A stretch of 64,000 nucleotides of DNA from Malacoraja senta. Its lineage: Eukaryota. This document shows, in pieces, positions 49,600 through 63,900 of this stretch (the first letter of the stretch is position 1; each line of letters starts with the position of its first letter). The stretch covers positions 122,822,001-122,886,000 of the forward strand of contig CM075977.1 of NCBI GenBank assembly GCA_038087875.1, read 5' to 3'. Position numbers and translations under genes: made by a program. Below the pieces are notes generated by a model, which ran no database searches, was not told the DNA's origin, and was given only the letters and a program-made list of their open reading frames with translations.

Positions 49600-51125
49600 T
49601 CTGCATTTTGCCATACAACCACAGGAGATGCAACACCCATCCTTTCACCTCTTGCCTTCCCATCACCAAGGAAACCAGTCAGTTCTTCCAGGTGAAGCAG
49701 CAGTTTTCTTGCATTTATTGTAGCCTACCCAGTGTTCAGAATATGACATTCTCTACATTGACGATACTAAATACAGATTGGACAACTAAAGTGGGTAGTA
49801 TTGTAGACAGTGAAGATGGTTGTCAAAAATTCCTGCAAAACCTTGATCGGTTGGGCAAGGGGGCTGATGAATGGTTATGGAGAAGTGCGAGGGGTTGCTT
49901 TTTGGGAAGTCAAACCAGGGCATGACCTACACAGTGAATAGCAGGGGTCTGGGGAGTACTATTGAGCAAAGGGAACTAGAAGTGCAGGTAAATAGTTCCT
50001 TGAAAGTGGCATCACGAGTAGATCGGGTGGTCAAGAAGGCCTTCAGCACATAGGCCATTATCAGTCAGAGTATTGAGTATAGAAGTTGGGAGGTCATGTT
50101 ACAGTTGTACAAGACATTGGTGAGGCCACATTTTTCGAGTATTGTGTTCAGGTTTGGTCACCCTGTAATAGGAAAGAGGTTGTTAAGCTGAAATGGGTGC
50201 AGAAAATATTTACAAGGATGTTGCCAGGTGTTGAGGGTCTGTGGTGTAGAGGTATACAAGATCATGAGAGGAATAGATAGGGTAAATGCTCTTACCCAGA
50301 GTGAGGGGGGAAAGATTTAAAAGGAACCTGAGGGGGCAACTTTTTTTTTACACAAAGGGTGGTAGGTGGAAAGAGCTGCCAGAGGAGATAGTTGAGGCGA
50401 ATACTATCACATTTAGACAGGTACATGGACAGGAATGGTTTTGAGGAATATGTGCCAAATAGAGGCAGGCAGAACAAATGTAGATGGGGCATGTTGGTTG
50501 ACATGGGCAAGTTGCGCTGTATGCCTCTAATCTCTTTGTCAGTTGACAGGAGTAATTAAGAGTTCAGTTAACTGCCATTTAATTGACCATCCCTTTCTGA
50601 CCTCACCAAATGTGAATTCCAGCACCATTATAACAACCAAAACACAACCTTGAGAAATAGCACCTCATTTTCTGTCTGTGCATATGGCAATCTGCAGGAA
50701 TCAGTTTTCAAATTCTCTAACCATAGATAACTTGCCCTCTCTTTCTATATGTATGAGAACAGACAATTTCTGCTGTCAACATTGTTTTGGCTCAATCTGT
50801 CTTTCTTTTTCTATTTTTGTATGATCTGTTGGCCATCCCCCATGCCCTTACTATTCACAACACATTACACAGAGAAAGCAGCTGAATATGACTTTCATTG
50901 CTTACCTGCAACACTATAGTCTCACTCTATAGAAGCTAATAACATTGTGCCACCCTTTCCCCTCCCTCACCTTCTCCGCTATCTAAAACAAACTTGTTTT
51001 TTCTTTCTTTCTTAGTCCTGAGAAGAGTCTCAGACCTGAAACCTCAGCTGTTTCTCCTTCCAGAGATCATACTTTACCTGCTGTGTGGTTCCAGTATTTT
51101 CTGTTTTTATTTCAGATTTCCGGCA
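49600..51125 (+). mobile_element. Penelope-like element 3' part (GIY-YIG remnant) interrupted by CR1
   Basis: NHRRCNTHPFTS..FQVKQQFSC..LYIDDTKYRLD before 49785; resumes at about 50530; degenerate ribozyme-bearing end at about 51015-51125. Confidence 0.65.
49782..50525 (+). mobile_element. Degenerate CR1 LINE
   Basis: TKVGSIVDSEDGCQK, FGKSNQG, EYCVQVWSP. Confidence 0.85.
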
Positions 51126-51309
51126 TCGACATTTTTTTTTCAGGAAAGATAACATCCTCATTCAGTCTGAAGAAGAGGCTCAACACAAAACGCTGCCTGT
51201 CCAATTCCCTTCACAGATGCTGCTTAACCTACTGTGCTCCTCCACTAGCTTGTTTTATGTAGTCTTACAGTATATAACGGTGTTCTTTATATAATTGCAG
51301 ACAGATGTC

Positions 51310-53360
51310 TTTACTCTAGTACTAAAATGTTCTTGCAATAAAGGTCAACATAGTGTTTCCTTTCTAATCGGTTGCTGTACCTGAACATTAACATCCAGTG
51401 ATTTGTGTACAAGGATACCCACGTCTTTCTCTATACCATCTGGTTTGCACTTCTTGCCATTTAAACATAAACTCTGCTTTTCCATGTTTTTCTTCCAAAG
51501 TGGATAACTTCACATCTTTCTACATTCTATTACATCTGCCATGTCTTCTCCCCGTCACTTAATCTATGAATAGGATATCCTACTGATGCCTCTCTCGAAT
51601 CCTCTACAGAGCCCACATAGCTATCCAGTATCATCAGCAAACTTGGATATAGTGTACTTGAATCCCTCGTCCAAATCAATGATGTGGATTATGGACAGCC
51701 GGGGTCTTTACACTGATATTTAGTGTAAAGATTTTAATATTTTGGCCTATTTATTCCAAGCTTTATTTTCGGTCCATTTACCAATCTTCAATCCATGTGA
51801 GTATATTGCACCCAATCCTATGTGCTCTGATTTTGAGTTTTTTTCCCCAGTGGCAAATTTATTAAGAATCAATTCCAAATACACTACATTCTCCGTTCGC
51901 CCTTATCCATCCTTTCATTACAACATCATCAAATTCTAATAGATTTATCAAAAGAGATTTTCCTTTCGTAAAGAAGATAGACACAAAGTGCTTAGCGGAT
52001 CAGGCAGCATCTCCAGAGAAAAAAAAGATGGGTGACGTTTTGGGTCGGAACCCTTCTTCAGACTCACGTTTTGGGCCGTGACCCTTCAGCGGCATAAACG
52101 AACATCTGCCGTTCCTTTTCACGCAGTTTCCTTTCAAAATTCCATGTTGAGCCGCTCAAATATATTATTGTTACGTTCCCTGTTACCACTTAATCAATTC
52201 TATCATTATATTACAAGTGGAGTATAGTTGCCCTGTCTTCTGTCATTCTCTGTTCTTAAATAATGGGGTTACATATGTTGCCTTCAAATTTCTAGAAACA
52301 ATTCTAGAATCCATAGAATCTTGATATTATAACTACCACGTGTTCACTATCTCCATAGCCACCTGTCAAAATCTTGGGATGAGGGTCATTGGGTTTTGGC
52401 TATTAATTCGTTTTCAGTCATGTTATCATTTCCCAGAGATTCTTGTGTCTCTTCTGTGAAGGTAAACAAAATGGTTGTTTAATTTCTCTGCCATTTCCTT
52501 TCTCCCCAGTACATTTTCTTCTGTCTCAGTCTGAAAGGGAGCCACATTAGATTCTGTTTAACTTTTTCTTCTTACATATCTACATCAGCTTTTACTATCT
52601 GTTTTTACATTATTTATTAGACACCTTTTATATTATCTTCCTCCTACCATCTCACTTTCTTTTCCCTTTTGTTCTAAATTAGGAAATGCTCCTAAAGCTA
52701 ACACTAAGTACCTGTGTTGGTGGCTTTAAGATATTTTCTTGATTTAATACCATCTTTAACTTCTCTGCTTAATCATGGCTAAACTAATTTTCTTTAGGTT
52801 TTTGAGTATTGCCAGGATACATGTTTGTTGTAAACTGTGTATTTCTTCTTTAAACATTAGTTTTTACTTGCTTACTGTCTTATGTTTTAATATAGTTTCC
52901 CAATTTACCAAAAGCAATCTTGCCTAATATTTCCTTTTTTTAAATTAAGATTCTGGTTTCAAATTCAAATAAATTGCTTTTAATCAGGATATAATATTTT
53001 ATCAAAAGATTATCACTTTTGCACAATTATTTATTAAACTTTTCTTATTGTACAATTCCACATCTAAAATACCCTTATTAGCTTCTCAATAACTCATTTA
53101 GAAAAGCATCTCTAATGCACCCTATGAATATGCTTACCATACTACTGCAGCTAATTTGCATTGCTCAGTCTAAGTGTATTGTATTCCTCCATAATTCATA
53201 TTCCATATCCCTTTAGTTTTCTACTTCATACCATACCATATATTATTCCAACTGTTGGGGAACCCAAGAACAATTTCTCCCAATGCTTCTACACTTCCTG
53301 TTTGGCAATGTGTGCATTCAGATTAAGAACCTTAAATTTGGGCTTTCTACATTTTTCCTG
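51310..53360 (-). mobile_element. Very old CR1 remnant
   Basis: tatcatcagcaaactt (KFADD) at about 51630; AT-drifted. Confidence 0.5.
51972..52090 (-). mobile_element. Penelope-derived short element
   Basis: gggtgacgttttgggtcggaacccttcttcagact. Confidence 0.75.
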
Positions 53361-53579
53361 ACCCATCTCTAATTGGATCAGTAACTTAATGTTTTTTATG
53401 TACTTGACAGTTGATGTTCATCATTGTTTATTATGTTAAGTAATGATAAACATATTCTTATCATTATCAGAAAAGCTAATTTTTTAATGATCCCGCATTA
53501 TGACTTTGTCCATTCACATTAATGATCTGAATTTCCCTTCATTGGAAATGCCTTCCCCACCAGTTAGTTTAAATGTGTA

Positions 53580-53940
53580 GGACACGATCTCGATCTGAAA
53601 CTTCAGCCATTCATTCTCTCCAGAGATGCTGCCTGTCCTGCTGAGTTACACTGACATTTTGTGTCTATCTATAGTTAGCTTAAAGCCTTACCTACAGTTA
53701 GTTATTCAATTTGACCAATTCTAGTGAAACCTGTCCCAATAAGACAGTTTGCCCTTTCCCCACTATCGGTTAATGTCTGACAAATTAAAACTATTTTCTC
53801 CCATAGAACTCAATGGGCCTGGAGTAACTCAACCGGTCAGACAACATTTTGAGGACAGGGATAGACGACGTTTTCAGTCTAGACCCTTCTTCAGACTGGT
53901 ATTGTGTTCTAATTGTCCTGCATCTGCAGTTCCTTATGTC
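53580..53940. mobile_element. Two Penelope-derived short elements (53580-53670 and 53815-53940)
   Basis: family sequence cagagatgctgcctgtcctgctgagtt; gacccttcttcagact. Confidence 0.65.
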
Positions 53941-56379
53941 CCCATTTTTTCCCATGGCACATTTTGAGCTATGCATTCTGCTCTTGTTGACCGGGGTCAA
54001 CTTCTATGTAGTTTAAATAATAACCCAGAGACTATTACTTTGTGGTTCTAATACTTAATTTATACCCTGACTGCCAATACTCCTTCAGTTATACCTTCTT
54101 CGAGTGCTATCTATGTTGTCATTTCTTGAATGGACTAAAATAAATTGCTCTTTCCTCTCCCATTCCAATTTCCTCACCAACTCCAATGAGCTGTTATTAA
54201 CCACAGCACGAAATAAGCAACACAGCTGCAGAGAAAATATCTAATCTGTTAATTTTACTGTCTTATCAACAGATCATTTGTTTTCACCCACCCCCCCCCC
54301 CCCTATGTCAATGGTCATCAGCAGTGCTATGGTCAGTTTGGTCATCTTCCCACCATATTTTTCATATGGAAAAGTGCAAGAATTAAGGCTCCTCCAATGC
54401 TATCTGCTGGGTCCACATACCTGCCTCATGCAAATGGCCTTGCCTCTTGACTGACAATTTCTGTGGAACTTAATCTTAGGAATGTAACTGCTTCTTGAAA
54501 CTTTCCCCCTCCCTGATGCACCACAGGGTCTGAATCTCAGACTCCAACTCATAACTTCAGCCAAAGTTTCTTGAGCGGCAAACACTTACAAGGCATAGTG
54601 TCCATTAATCACTATGGTTTCCATCAACTCCCACTTACTGCAGCTGCAACATACCACTATGTTGCCATGGTTCCTTTATTACAATTTATTCATTTAATTA
54701 CTTTATTTCATTAATACTCTGTGTCACTAAAACGGGGTCTATTTCAGTTAGGCATTTTGACTCTTAAGGGGTTTTTCTCTCCACAGATGTTCCTGTTTGC
54801 CACACATTTCCAGTACTTTCTTTTATAAAATACTTTGTATTATGTAATTTCGTGTTAAATTCTTTTTTGTTAACTCATCTTTCTCATTTATTCCTTTCTT
54901 CCAAATTCAGCTTTTAAAATCCTATTTCCTGACCATCCAGCTTTTCCCAAATTTGCAGTTCTACACCAAGTGTCATCATTTATTGATTTGGTTTCTTCAT
55001 CAAAATGAAGCTAAAATTATTTAGACACTTTGGACATGTTCAAACAAATACTCACGCTCTTTTACATATATTTACACATATAATGAATATCAAAAAACAA
55101 TTCCAAAACATCAAATGCATTGCATCGATTGAGTTGATATTTAAAAAATAATTAATCTGATTTATAGCTTATCTTTTTTTACATCATCTGTTAGATGTGC
55201 AATGAAGGTACTGGACACTGGACTGAAGAAGTACAATTATTAGGGCAGGCTGAGCAAACTGGGTCCCTTTTCTCAATCAAATAGAACTTACAGATGCAAT
55301 CTGTTGAGCATATTTAAAATTATGAAGGATTGCATGGAGAAAGGTAGATGTAGGCAAGGTGTTTCAAGTTGAGAAAATACAAAACTATTCACGATTTATG
55401 TTAAGGGAGCCACCACTGAAAACTGTGAGGGATTCTGCAGAAATTTATTTACATGGACACTACTTTGTAAGGTGAATATTATGTTACATGGTCATAGAGA
55501 AGTTGGAGATGAACAGGGTCGAACAGGGAAAGAAGGGCTTTATGATGGAGTCAGATGAAATAAGATGGGAGGAGGATTGTATGAAACATAAACATGCATA
55601 GAACTGTGCAGTCAAGGTTCCTGAATCTGTGCTGCCGTTTCTTCATAATTCCATGCAGTATTAGTTTCCCCCCACATCACATATGAGAAATATTGAGACA
55701 AAAGCATGTTTTCAGGCTTCAAGTCTTTTAGCTAATTCTTTCACAGTGGTGATGCAGGGACACTTTAAATTGGCAAGTTTTGCTCATTCTGGCAGTCAAC
55801 CCACATCCTGATGAGAAAACAGCAGGCAATTACATCTTGTTTAAAATCAATGCTTGGAACCAACTGCGTCAGCCTTCTGAGCATTACAGACTCTCGTGTT
55901 AGGCAGCTGGAAGCATTAAATCCCCATGTTTTAAACCACGTCACAGCTACAAGGCTCCCATATCTACTCTATGTTTTCTCAATGCACCTTGCTTTTATCA
56001 CATTAGGATTCAATTCATTTTCAATCACCAATGTCTCTGGAACCAGTAATGTCTCCTTCCAAAGGACATGCCATATAAAGGATGTGTTCTTTCATTGTGC
56101 AACATTTCTACCTTCTTGCCAAAGTGGATTGATGAATATATTTAAAGACAAGTTTATATTAGGGAATGCATGTGAATGAGTTGTCCTGAACTAGTGTGCA
56201 AATTTATTAAAGCATTAAATAAATGATTGATACAGCTCTGTGGAGATTCTCTTTGAAACTGCCATAATGAATTGCTGTACACTTATCTAAAGGATTAAGC
56301 AGAATATGATTATCCCTCATTTACACACACTGCCGCACATCACAAATTAGGGTTTTCTGACATTGTTAATAGGAGTGTA

Positions 56380-57520
56380 GAATCATGAAGTCATACTGTA
56401 CAGCAGGGAAAAAGGCCCTGGGCCCAACTTGCCAATGCTAACCAAGATGCCCCATCCATGCTAGTTACACTTGCCCATGTTTGGCCCATATCCCTCTAAA
56501 CCATTCCCATTCAAGTAGCTGTCCAATTGTCCTTTAAATATTTAGAAAGGAACTGCTGATGCTGGTTTACACCAAAGGCAGACACAAAATACTGGAGTAA
56601 CTCTGTGGGTCAGGCAACATCTCTGGAGAAAATGAATAGGTGACGTTTCAGGTTGAGACCCTTCCTCAGTCTGAACAAGCGTCTCGACCCTAAACGTCAC
56701 CTATTCCTTTTCCCCAGAAGTGCTGCCTGACCCGCTGAGTTTATCCAGCATTTTGTGTCTATCTTTTAAATATTGTTATAATACATGTCTCAAACACCTC
56801 AACCTGCTTGTTCCATATATCTACTACCCTCTGTGTGAAAAAATAGCCCCTCGCGCTTCTATTAAATCTATCCCCACTCACCTTAAACCCAAGTTCACTG
56901 CATCTTGTTTCCCCTATTCTGGGTAAAAGACTGTGTGCATTCACCTGATCCATTCCCCTCGTGAATTTATACACCTCTATAAGATCACCCCTCAGCCTCC
57001 TGCACTCCAAGGAATAAAGCCCTAGCCTACTCAATCACTCCTTACGACTCTGGCCCTAAAGTCCTGGCAACAAACTTGAAAATCTTCTCTGCTCTCTTTC
57101 CAGCTTAACAACATCCTTCCTATAGCCGGGTGTTCAAAACTGAGCTCAATACTCCAAATGTGGCCTCACCAACATCTTGTATGACTGTAACATAACATCC
57201 CAACTTCAAAACTCAATACCCTGATTGATCAAGGCCAATGTACCGATTTCTCTCTCTAGTTACTCCATTTCCCTTAATGTACATAAAATCTCCTTGGACT
57301 TTCCTCAATATTATCAGGCAGATCCATTTCTTGCTCCCTTTATGCCCTCCTGATTTCCTTCTTATATATGTTCCTCAGTTTGTGAAGTGCTCCAGGGATA
57401 CCCTTGATATCAGCAGCCTGTACCAGTCCAATGCCTCCTTTTTCATGACCAGAGCTTCAATCTCTATCTAGGCTTCCTTAGTCCGTTCACTGTAACAGGG
57501 ACATGCATGCCCTGAACTCT
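56380..57520 (-). mobile_element. CR1 LINE 3' region
   Basis: LGLYSLECRRLRGDLIEVYK..FFTQRVVDIWN. Confidence 0.85.
56543..56764. mobile_element. Near-complete palindromic Penelope-derived element with back-to-back hammerhead cores
   Basis: centre tcagtctga (about 56666-56674); arms about 95 bp; TSD tttaaatatt (56533-56542 / 56765-56774). Confidence 0.85.
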
Positions 57521-58019
57521 TGTCATCACACTGTAGGCAGCATTGTGGTAATTGCATTCTTTCTTCATTTTGCAAAATAGGTTTTTGGTGACCACACATT
57601 ATCACTATAGCTAGGAAACTAAAATTCAATGACCAATGTTTTCTTTAGAACCATATCCAAAACGAAGCACTGCTTTGTGCATAACAGAAAAATGAAGTGC
57701 TCAGGATAAGGTTCCTGATCTGTTATTGTTAAACTAACATACTATCATATAAATGTATGTCCAGAGTTCATTAGCACACTTATTCATGACACACTTTATA
57801 TAGTGACATAAATTTAAGTCCTCATTGACACCAAGTTGTGTGATATTAATTTCCAATTTGTTAAAGATGGATTAGATTAGAAAATACCAAGTGTCAGAGG
57901 CCATTAACAATTACGATATGATTCTTCAGAGCCAATCCGGGTGTTCTTCGAGGATATGACGAGGTATTGAATGGCCACTTTGCATCGTTACTATACTTTG
58001 CATAATGAAGGGGAGAATT

Positions 58020-58775
58020 GAGTTACCATACCTTTGTTGGATAAATGTAATTGAAAATTTCGAAGTGAATGGAGATGCAGTTCCAGCAAATGAAAGGAGT
58101 TACAGACATCACAGATCTTCTCTTCCCATCTTCAGAAGATGAAATAACTCCCACGTTAACAACAATCTACTTGAACCACTTCAATGTTCTTACTCATAAC
58201 ATGCTACCATCTGCACCATGAAAACCAAATACAGATTGACTTTGCTCAATACATTCAGTTTGTGGCGGTAAGACTGAACTTCCAATTTTCTGCTAGTTTA
58301 CTTTTCCATCGCACTCCCACTGATCGCTCTGCCTTTGGCATCCAATACTGTTCCAACAAAGTTCAGTCAGCTCAAGAAGCAGAATTGCAGCTTGTCTATG
58401 CCCAGTACTGCCCTTGGGATTCAATGATGGATTCAACAATTTCAGATAATCAGCCATTGCAGTTTCATATCTCACATTTCCAGTTTAATCTCCTTAATTT
58501 GCCCCCTCTTTTAGTATTTTAAATGTCATTAGTCTGCTATCATTAGCATCTCTTCCAGCATTTCATTCCTATTTACTGGTGTTTACAATGCACTAGCAGC
58601 CTGCTCTCCACCATTTATTTACTCAATCTTGCCTCCACTGCACTCTATAACAAACCTTCTCTCTTGTTTTCTCCATCTCTCTTTGCTCTGAAAGTTTTTA
58701 AACTATCCGAATTCTTATGAAAGGTCATCAACCCAAAATATTAATCTGTTTAGATTTCCACAGATGCTACCCGAT
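58020..58775 (+). mobile_element. Old Penelope-like remnant
   Basis: decayed GIY-YIG C-terminal region and degenerate ttatgaaaggtcatcaacccaaaata end. Confidence 0.5.
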
Positions 58776-58777
58776 CT

Positions 58778-58980
58778 TAGTTTAGTTTAGAGATACAGCA
58801 CAGAAACAGGTCCTTCAGCCCACTGAGTCTGCACATTAACACTATCCTACACACTAAGGACAATTTACATTTATACCAAGCTAATGTGCCTACAAACCTG
58901 TATGTCTGTAGTGTGGGATGAAACCGAAGATCTCGGAGAAAACCCACATGGTCACAAGGAGAAAGTACAAACTCCGTACA
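58778..58980 (-). mobile_element. Truncated V-SINE
   Basis: ttagtttagtttagagatacagc tail, V-domain. Confidence 0.75.
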
Positions 58981-59647
58981 GTTTGAACATTTTCAGAATG
59001 TTCTGATTTTACTTCAGGAGTTTGTGGTCCTAATGGCACTCATCTTAAGATGTTTCGATGAAATGCTGGCTTGAAACCTGATCTATATGTTTAATATTAT
59101 TCAATAGGACCTTTTGCTTAAGTGGCTATTAATATATTTCAAGTAATCCCTTCCTGAAACCTGCCCATAATTACAACCAAACCAATGGACTGTTTAAAAA
59201 AGAAGGCTAATTTGCTTGATTTTACACTTTCAGAAAGTACCCAAAGATGATTGATGTTAGCAGCCAGATCAGCACTTTGTCTCGATCTTTGAAAAATACT
59301 TGACTCTTGATCTTTGAAAAGTATTTGACCAGATAGAGCAGGAAGGGCACTAAATATCATTGGGTCCAATGAGATTAGTTGACTGAAATTGGTTTGAACA
59401 GGAAGTGGCATTTGTCACTGAAAATGAAAACCATTGGAGACTCCGAGCCACAGGCTGCACTTCAATATCAATGACTTGAAAGAAAGTATCAGGAACATGT
59501 CGTATAGCTTTGTAATTGAGAGAAAGGTAATTGTAGATAAGAGTCTTAGATCGGAAAATTAGATTGGAAATGATTGAAGATGCGATTCGAGGATTAGCTC
59601 ATATCCAAAATATATTTTTTAATATAGATAAGCTTAGCATGATTTAT

Positions 59648-59931
59648 AGTTTTGTTTAGAGATACAGAGTAGAAACAGGCCCTTCGGCCCACCGAATCCA
59701 TGCCGACCAGCGATCCCCATACACTAGCACTATCCTACACACTAGGGACATTACAATTATAACAAGCCAAGAAGCCTGCAGACCTGTACGTCTTTGGAGT
59801 GTGGGAAGAAATCGGAGCTCCCGGAGAAAACCCACGCAGGTCACGGGGAGAACGTACAAACTACATACAGGATCGAACCCGAGTCTCTGGTGCTGTAAGG
59901 CAACAACTCTACCACTATTTCACCGTGCCGC
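59648..59931 (-). mobile_element. V-SINE (HE1-like)
   Basis: full head, V-domain and tail. Confidence 0.88.
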
Positions 59932-60964
59932 CTATAGACCGTAATGGACCTTGGTTGAGGTAACTCCAACTATGCATCCACCATGAAAAAAATGTGTGTT
60001 TAAGGCTGCTGAACAGAAGGAGGATCTGAGTGCTATATTGTGCAACTCATTGAAGATATAGGATTATTTCATGAACTTACAGTAAAAATTAGCGAGATTT
60101 AGCATGCATTGCCAAACCAGTTAACGATCGGAGGAGGAAGTATTACACAGCAACTGTGTAAAACATTGAATTGGCATTGTGTAGAAAGAAGCCCAACCAG
60201 AATATCATTGGAGGTTCATGTGATTGATTAATTAACGTGAACTATTACAATAGACTTAGAAAGAAGAGGAATGTTATTCAAGAAAAACAAAGACTACAAG
60301 AAGTTATGCCAAAGGTCTTTAAAGCCATGCAAGGATTTGACCCAGTAGGAAAAAAAGAACCAATCAATTTATAGAAGATCAATGGTGCATATCGAAGACA
60401 TAAGTGAATAAAACTCTGTTAGATATTAGGAATGAATATTTTCATTGAATCTTCATTGCATTGTGCATTATCCTTGAATTCATTGTAAGCATTCACCAGG
60501 TGAAGGTCTGATAATGCCCAACATAACTTCAAATACAACAAGAATGATCAGGGAGAGAAGTGGATATGTCTTGAAGTAAAGAAGTTACTTGACTAGTAAT
60601 CAAAAGACTGGACCAGTGACCTGGCTATTGATTATTAGTTTAATAGCATCATTAACACTGCTGCAGTTAGGGATTTAAAGTTAACTGAATAAATATGAAA
60701 TATAAAGCTAGCATCAATTATTGAGACCGTAAAATCATCTCAATGCTGTAAAAATCCACTTAGTTCATTAAGGTAATCAGAGTAGGAAAGCCAGTCAGAA
60801 GGCAAGCCAGACTCCAGACCATAAGTCTCAAGCAGGCAATTTATTCTTACCGGCCTTTAAAATGGCCTGGCAAGCAACACCACTCAACTCCAGGGCAAAA
60901 CACATTGTTTCTTCCGGTAATGTTCATCTCCATTAAATGGATTTAAAATAGGTAACAATAGGCT

Positions 60965-61282
60965 CATAAGTTAATTAGTGAAAGGAGCAGAATTAGGCCA
61001 TTTGGCCCATCAAGTCTACTCTGCCATTCAATTATGGCTGATCGATCTTACCCTATTCTCCTGCCTTCTCCTCATTACCCTTGACACCCGTACTAATCAA
61101 GAATCTATCAATCTCTGCCTTAAAAATATCCATTGTCGGCCTCCACAGACCTCTGTGGCAAATTCCACAGATTCACGACGCTCTGACTAAAGAAATTCCT
61201 CCTCATCTCTTTCCTAAAGGAACGTCCTTTAATTCTGAGGCTCTGACCTATGGTCCTAGACTCTCCCACTAGTAGAAACATT
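60965..61282 (-). mobile_element. CR1 3' fragment
   Basis: reverse match to the 46478-46830 type. Confidence 0.8.
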
Positions 61283-61555
61283 CTATTGGGACTTGATTTG
61301 TCACCAGCGAGATCAGAGAAGAATTTTCCGGAGGGGGTTTTTTCACCATTTTTGCGTGTTTTGTTTCCACTCTAATTAGTTTGGGGGAACTGAAGGAACT
61401 GAGCAGGTTGAGCATCAACTGTGGCCGGAAAGCAATGGTCAACGTTCCTGCATCAGGACTGTGAATGGAGAGGGAAGATATCAAGTATAAAGAGGAGGGG
61501 AGCAGTGAGACAGAAGCAAAGGGACGTGCGTGTCAGGATGCTGTTACAAAGAGAT

Positions 61556-61856
61556 TTTAGTTTCACTTAGAGATACAGTGTGGAAACAGACCCTACGGCC
61601 CACTGACTTTGTGCCAATCACAATCACCAAAACACTAGTTCCAACCTCCACACCAGGGGCAATTTACAGAAGCCAATTAACCTACAAACCTGCACGTCTT
61701 TGAAATGTGGGAGGTAACGAGAACACCCAGAGAAAACTCATGCAGTCACAGGAAGAACGCACAAACTCCGTACAGACAGCACCTGTAATCAAGGTCAAAC
61801 CAGGATCTCTGGCGCTGTAAGGTAGCAACTCTACCACTGCACCACTGTGCCGCCCC
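61556..61856 (-). mobile_element. V-SINE (HE1-like)
   Basis: head ggggcggcacagtggtgcagtggtagagttgc, V-domain, tail. Confidence 0.85.
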
Positions 61857-61974
61857 TGTGGGATCACATGGATATCAGACAACTTATTTTTTAAATATTG
61901 CATCTGCTCAAATAAATAGCTTTTTAAAATTCCTTAAATGGTAAATTTACTTAAAAGTAGGGATGTCGGTCATT

Positions 61975-62743
61975 TCGAATTTTTTTGTTTTTTTTAGTAT
62001 GTCTAAATGTATGTTTTTTTAATGTGGGGTGGTGCGGGTTGGGGGAGGGGGGAAGGGGGAAACCGTTTCCAGTCACTTACCACGGTGGAGATGCGACTTT
62101 TCTCCTAGTTGTATTTCCGCCCTCCCTCGCGGCCTAACAACTTGGATTGGGGCGGCCTTTCCCGGAGACCGGCCCAGAGTTTCAGCAGCAGGCGCAGCAT
62201 GGACTTTAACATCCCGGAGCCAGAAGAAAGGCTCCAACCGCCGGCCTGCTGACTTTAGCATTGTGAAGCCGCGGTCTGCGGAGCTTCTAACAGCAGGCGT
62301 GAAGCGGACTTTACCATCCCTTGCCGGGGATCGCCGGAGAAGAGCTCTGACCGCTGGCCTGCATGAGGCCTATAACATCAAGAAGCCATGGTCCCCGGTA
62401 AGAAAGTGGCCGATTTGGGCACTCCAAGCCGCAGAGTGTGTTCCATCCGTCCCGACGTCGGTGCTTCGATCATCCTGACGAGAGGGACTGTACATCGGGC
62501 TGTCCGTAGCGGCGACTTCGGAGGGTTAAGGCCTCAAACACGGGTGAACAAAAGGAGGAAGACTGATTGAACTTTATTTCCTTCCATCACAGTGATCACT
62601 GTGGTGGATGTTTATGTTAAGTTCTATCGTTCTTTTTAAGTTGTGTTGTGTTCTTTTAATTGTACGGGTGCATGGTAACTCAAATATCACTGCACCTTAA
62701 TTGGTGCATGTGACAATAAATGTCAATCTGAATCTGAATCTGA
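61975..62743 (+). mobile_element. Copy D of the GC-rich hairpin-bearing SINE-like family
   Basis: T-rich then G-rich head, gatgcgactttt, loopless hairpin 62583-62608, tail gacaataaatgtc(aatctg)3. Confidence 0.7.
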
Positions 62744-63049
62744 AGTATGCGATAGAGTCAAACTGCGCAGAAACAGGCCCTTCTGCCCAAATTGCCCCTG
62801 ATGTCCAAGATGCCTCATCTACACTAGTCCCATCTGCCTTCAAGCACATCTAGCACATGTCATCATCAGTCAAATAATTAAGTAGGAATATTATCCATTA
62901 AGTGTTTAATCAGTCCATTGTTTCTTTCCCTCATCCTGTACCCAATTTGACATTGAATTCAGTATTCTGCTACTTCCTGGTGAAGACATTACAATGCTCC
63001 TTCTTAAAGTTGAATAGTTGGGGAAGATATACATTTCTGCTCTGCTCTC

Positions 63050-63900
63050 CGGTCACAGATCCTTTAGACCCTGTGCACCGGTTGCAATGAAAAGCTTTGT
63101 TTTGCATGCTATCCAATCCTATCAAGATGTATCAATCGCATTAAACTCAGTATATTATGTAGTGCGAAGGGGAAGATACTGAGCACAAAATATAGTTTGT
63201 AGCACACCAATTCCAAAAGACAAAACTTCAAGTTTCTGTATCTTCTGCCCGAAGGTAGAATTGAGATACGAAAGGAACCAGACAGGCAACCTTGACAATA
63301 TTTCTATCCTTCCTGATGCAACACACCATGATGATGGACTGGATGGAAGGAAGTGATGGACTAGGTTGTGCTCACCATTCTCTCGAGGTTTCAGGCAGTC
63401 AAAAGAAGAGAAGTTGCCATACCAGGCTGAGATGCATTCCAACCGAATACATTCTATAGTGTATCTGTTGAAACCTCGTGGATCTGCCAAAACTTCTCTG
63501 ATACCTAAGATAGTAAATATGCTGATGCCATTTCTTGATGACAGCATCAGTGTGAAGGGACTGGGTGATGTTTCTGGTGATATGCATGCTAGGAACCTGA
63601 TGCTGTCGACCATCTCTACAGCAGCTCCATTCATGAGGACAGGTTATATTCACCGCCTCACTTTCTTAGGTCAATAATCAACTCTTTCATCTTACCGAGA
63701 TTAAGTTTCATCTTTACGATATTACCTAACACCATGACACTTGGTTCTCCAGCTACTTTGTCGCATCATCAACAGTGGGTATTGGCCGACAACAGTGTTA
63801 TGATCGGCAAATTTGAAGATCGAGCTGGCATTGTACTAGACCACACAGTCATGGGTCTACAGGGAGTAGAGCAAGATGTTGAGATATTGGCTGACAGAAT
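63050..63900 (-). mobile_element. Degenerate Rex1/Babar LINE (RT to 3' end)
   Basis: KFADHNTVVG, NGAAVEMVDSIRFL, HTDAVIKKWHQHIYYLR, CISAWYG. Confidence 0.8.
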
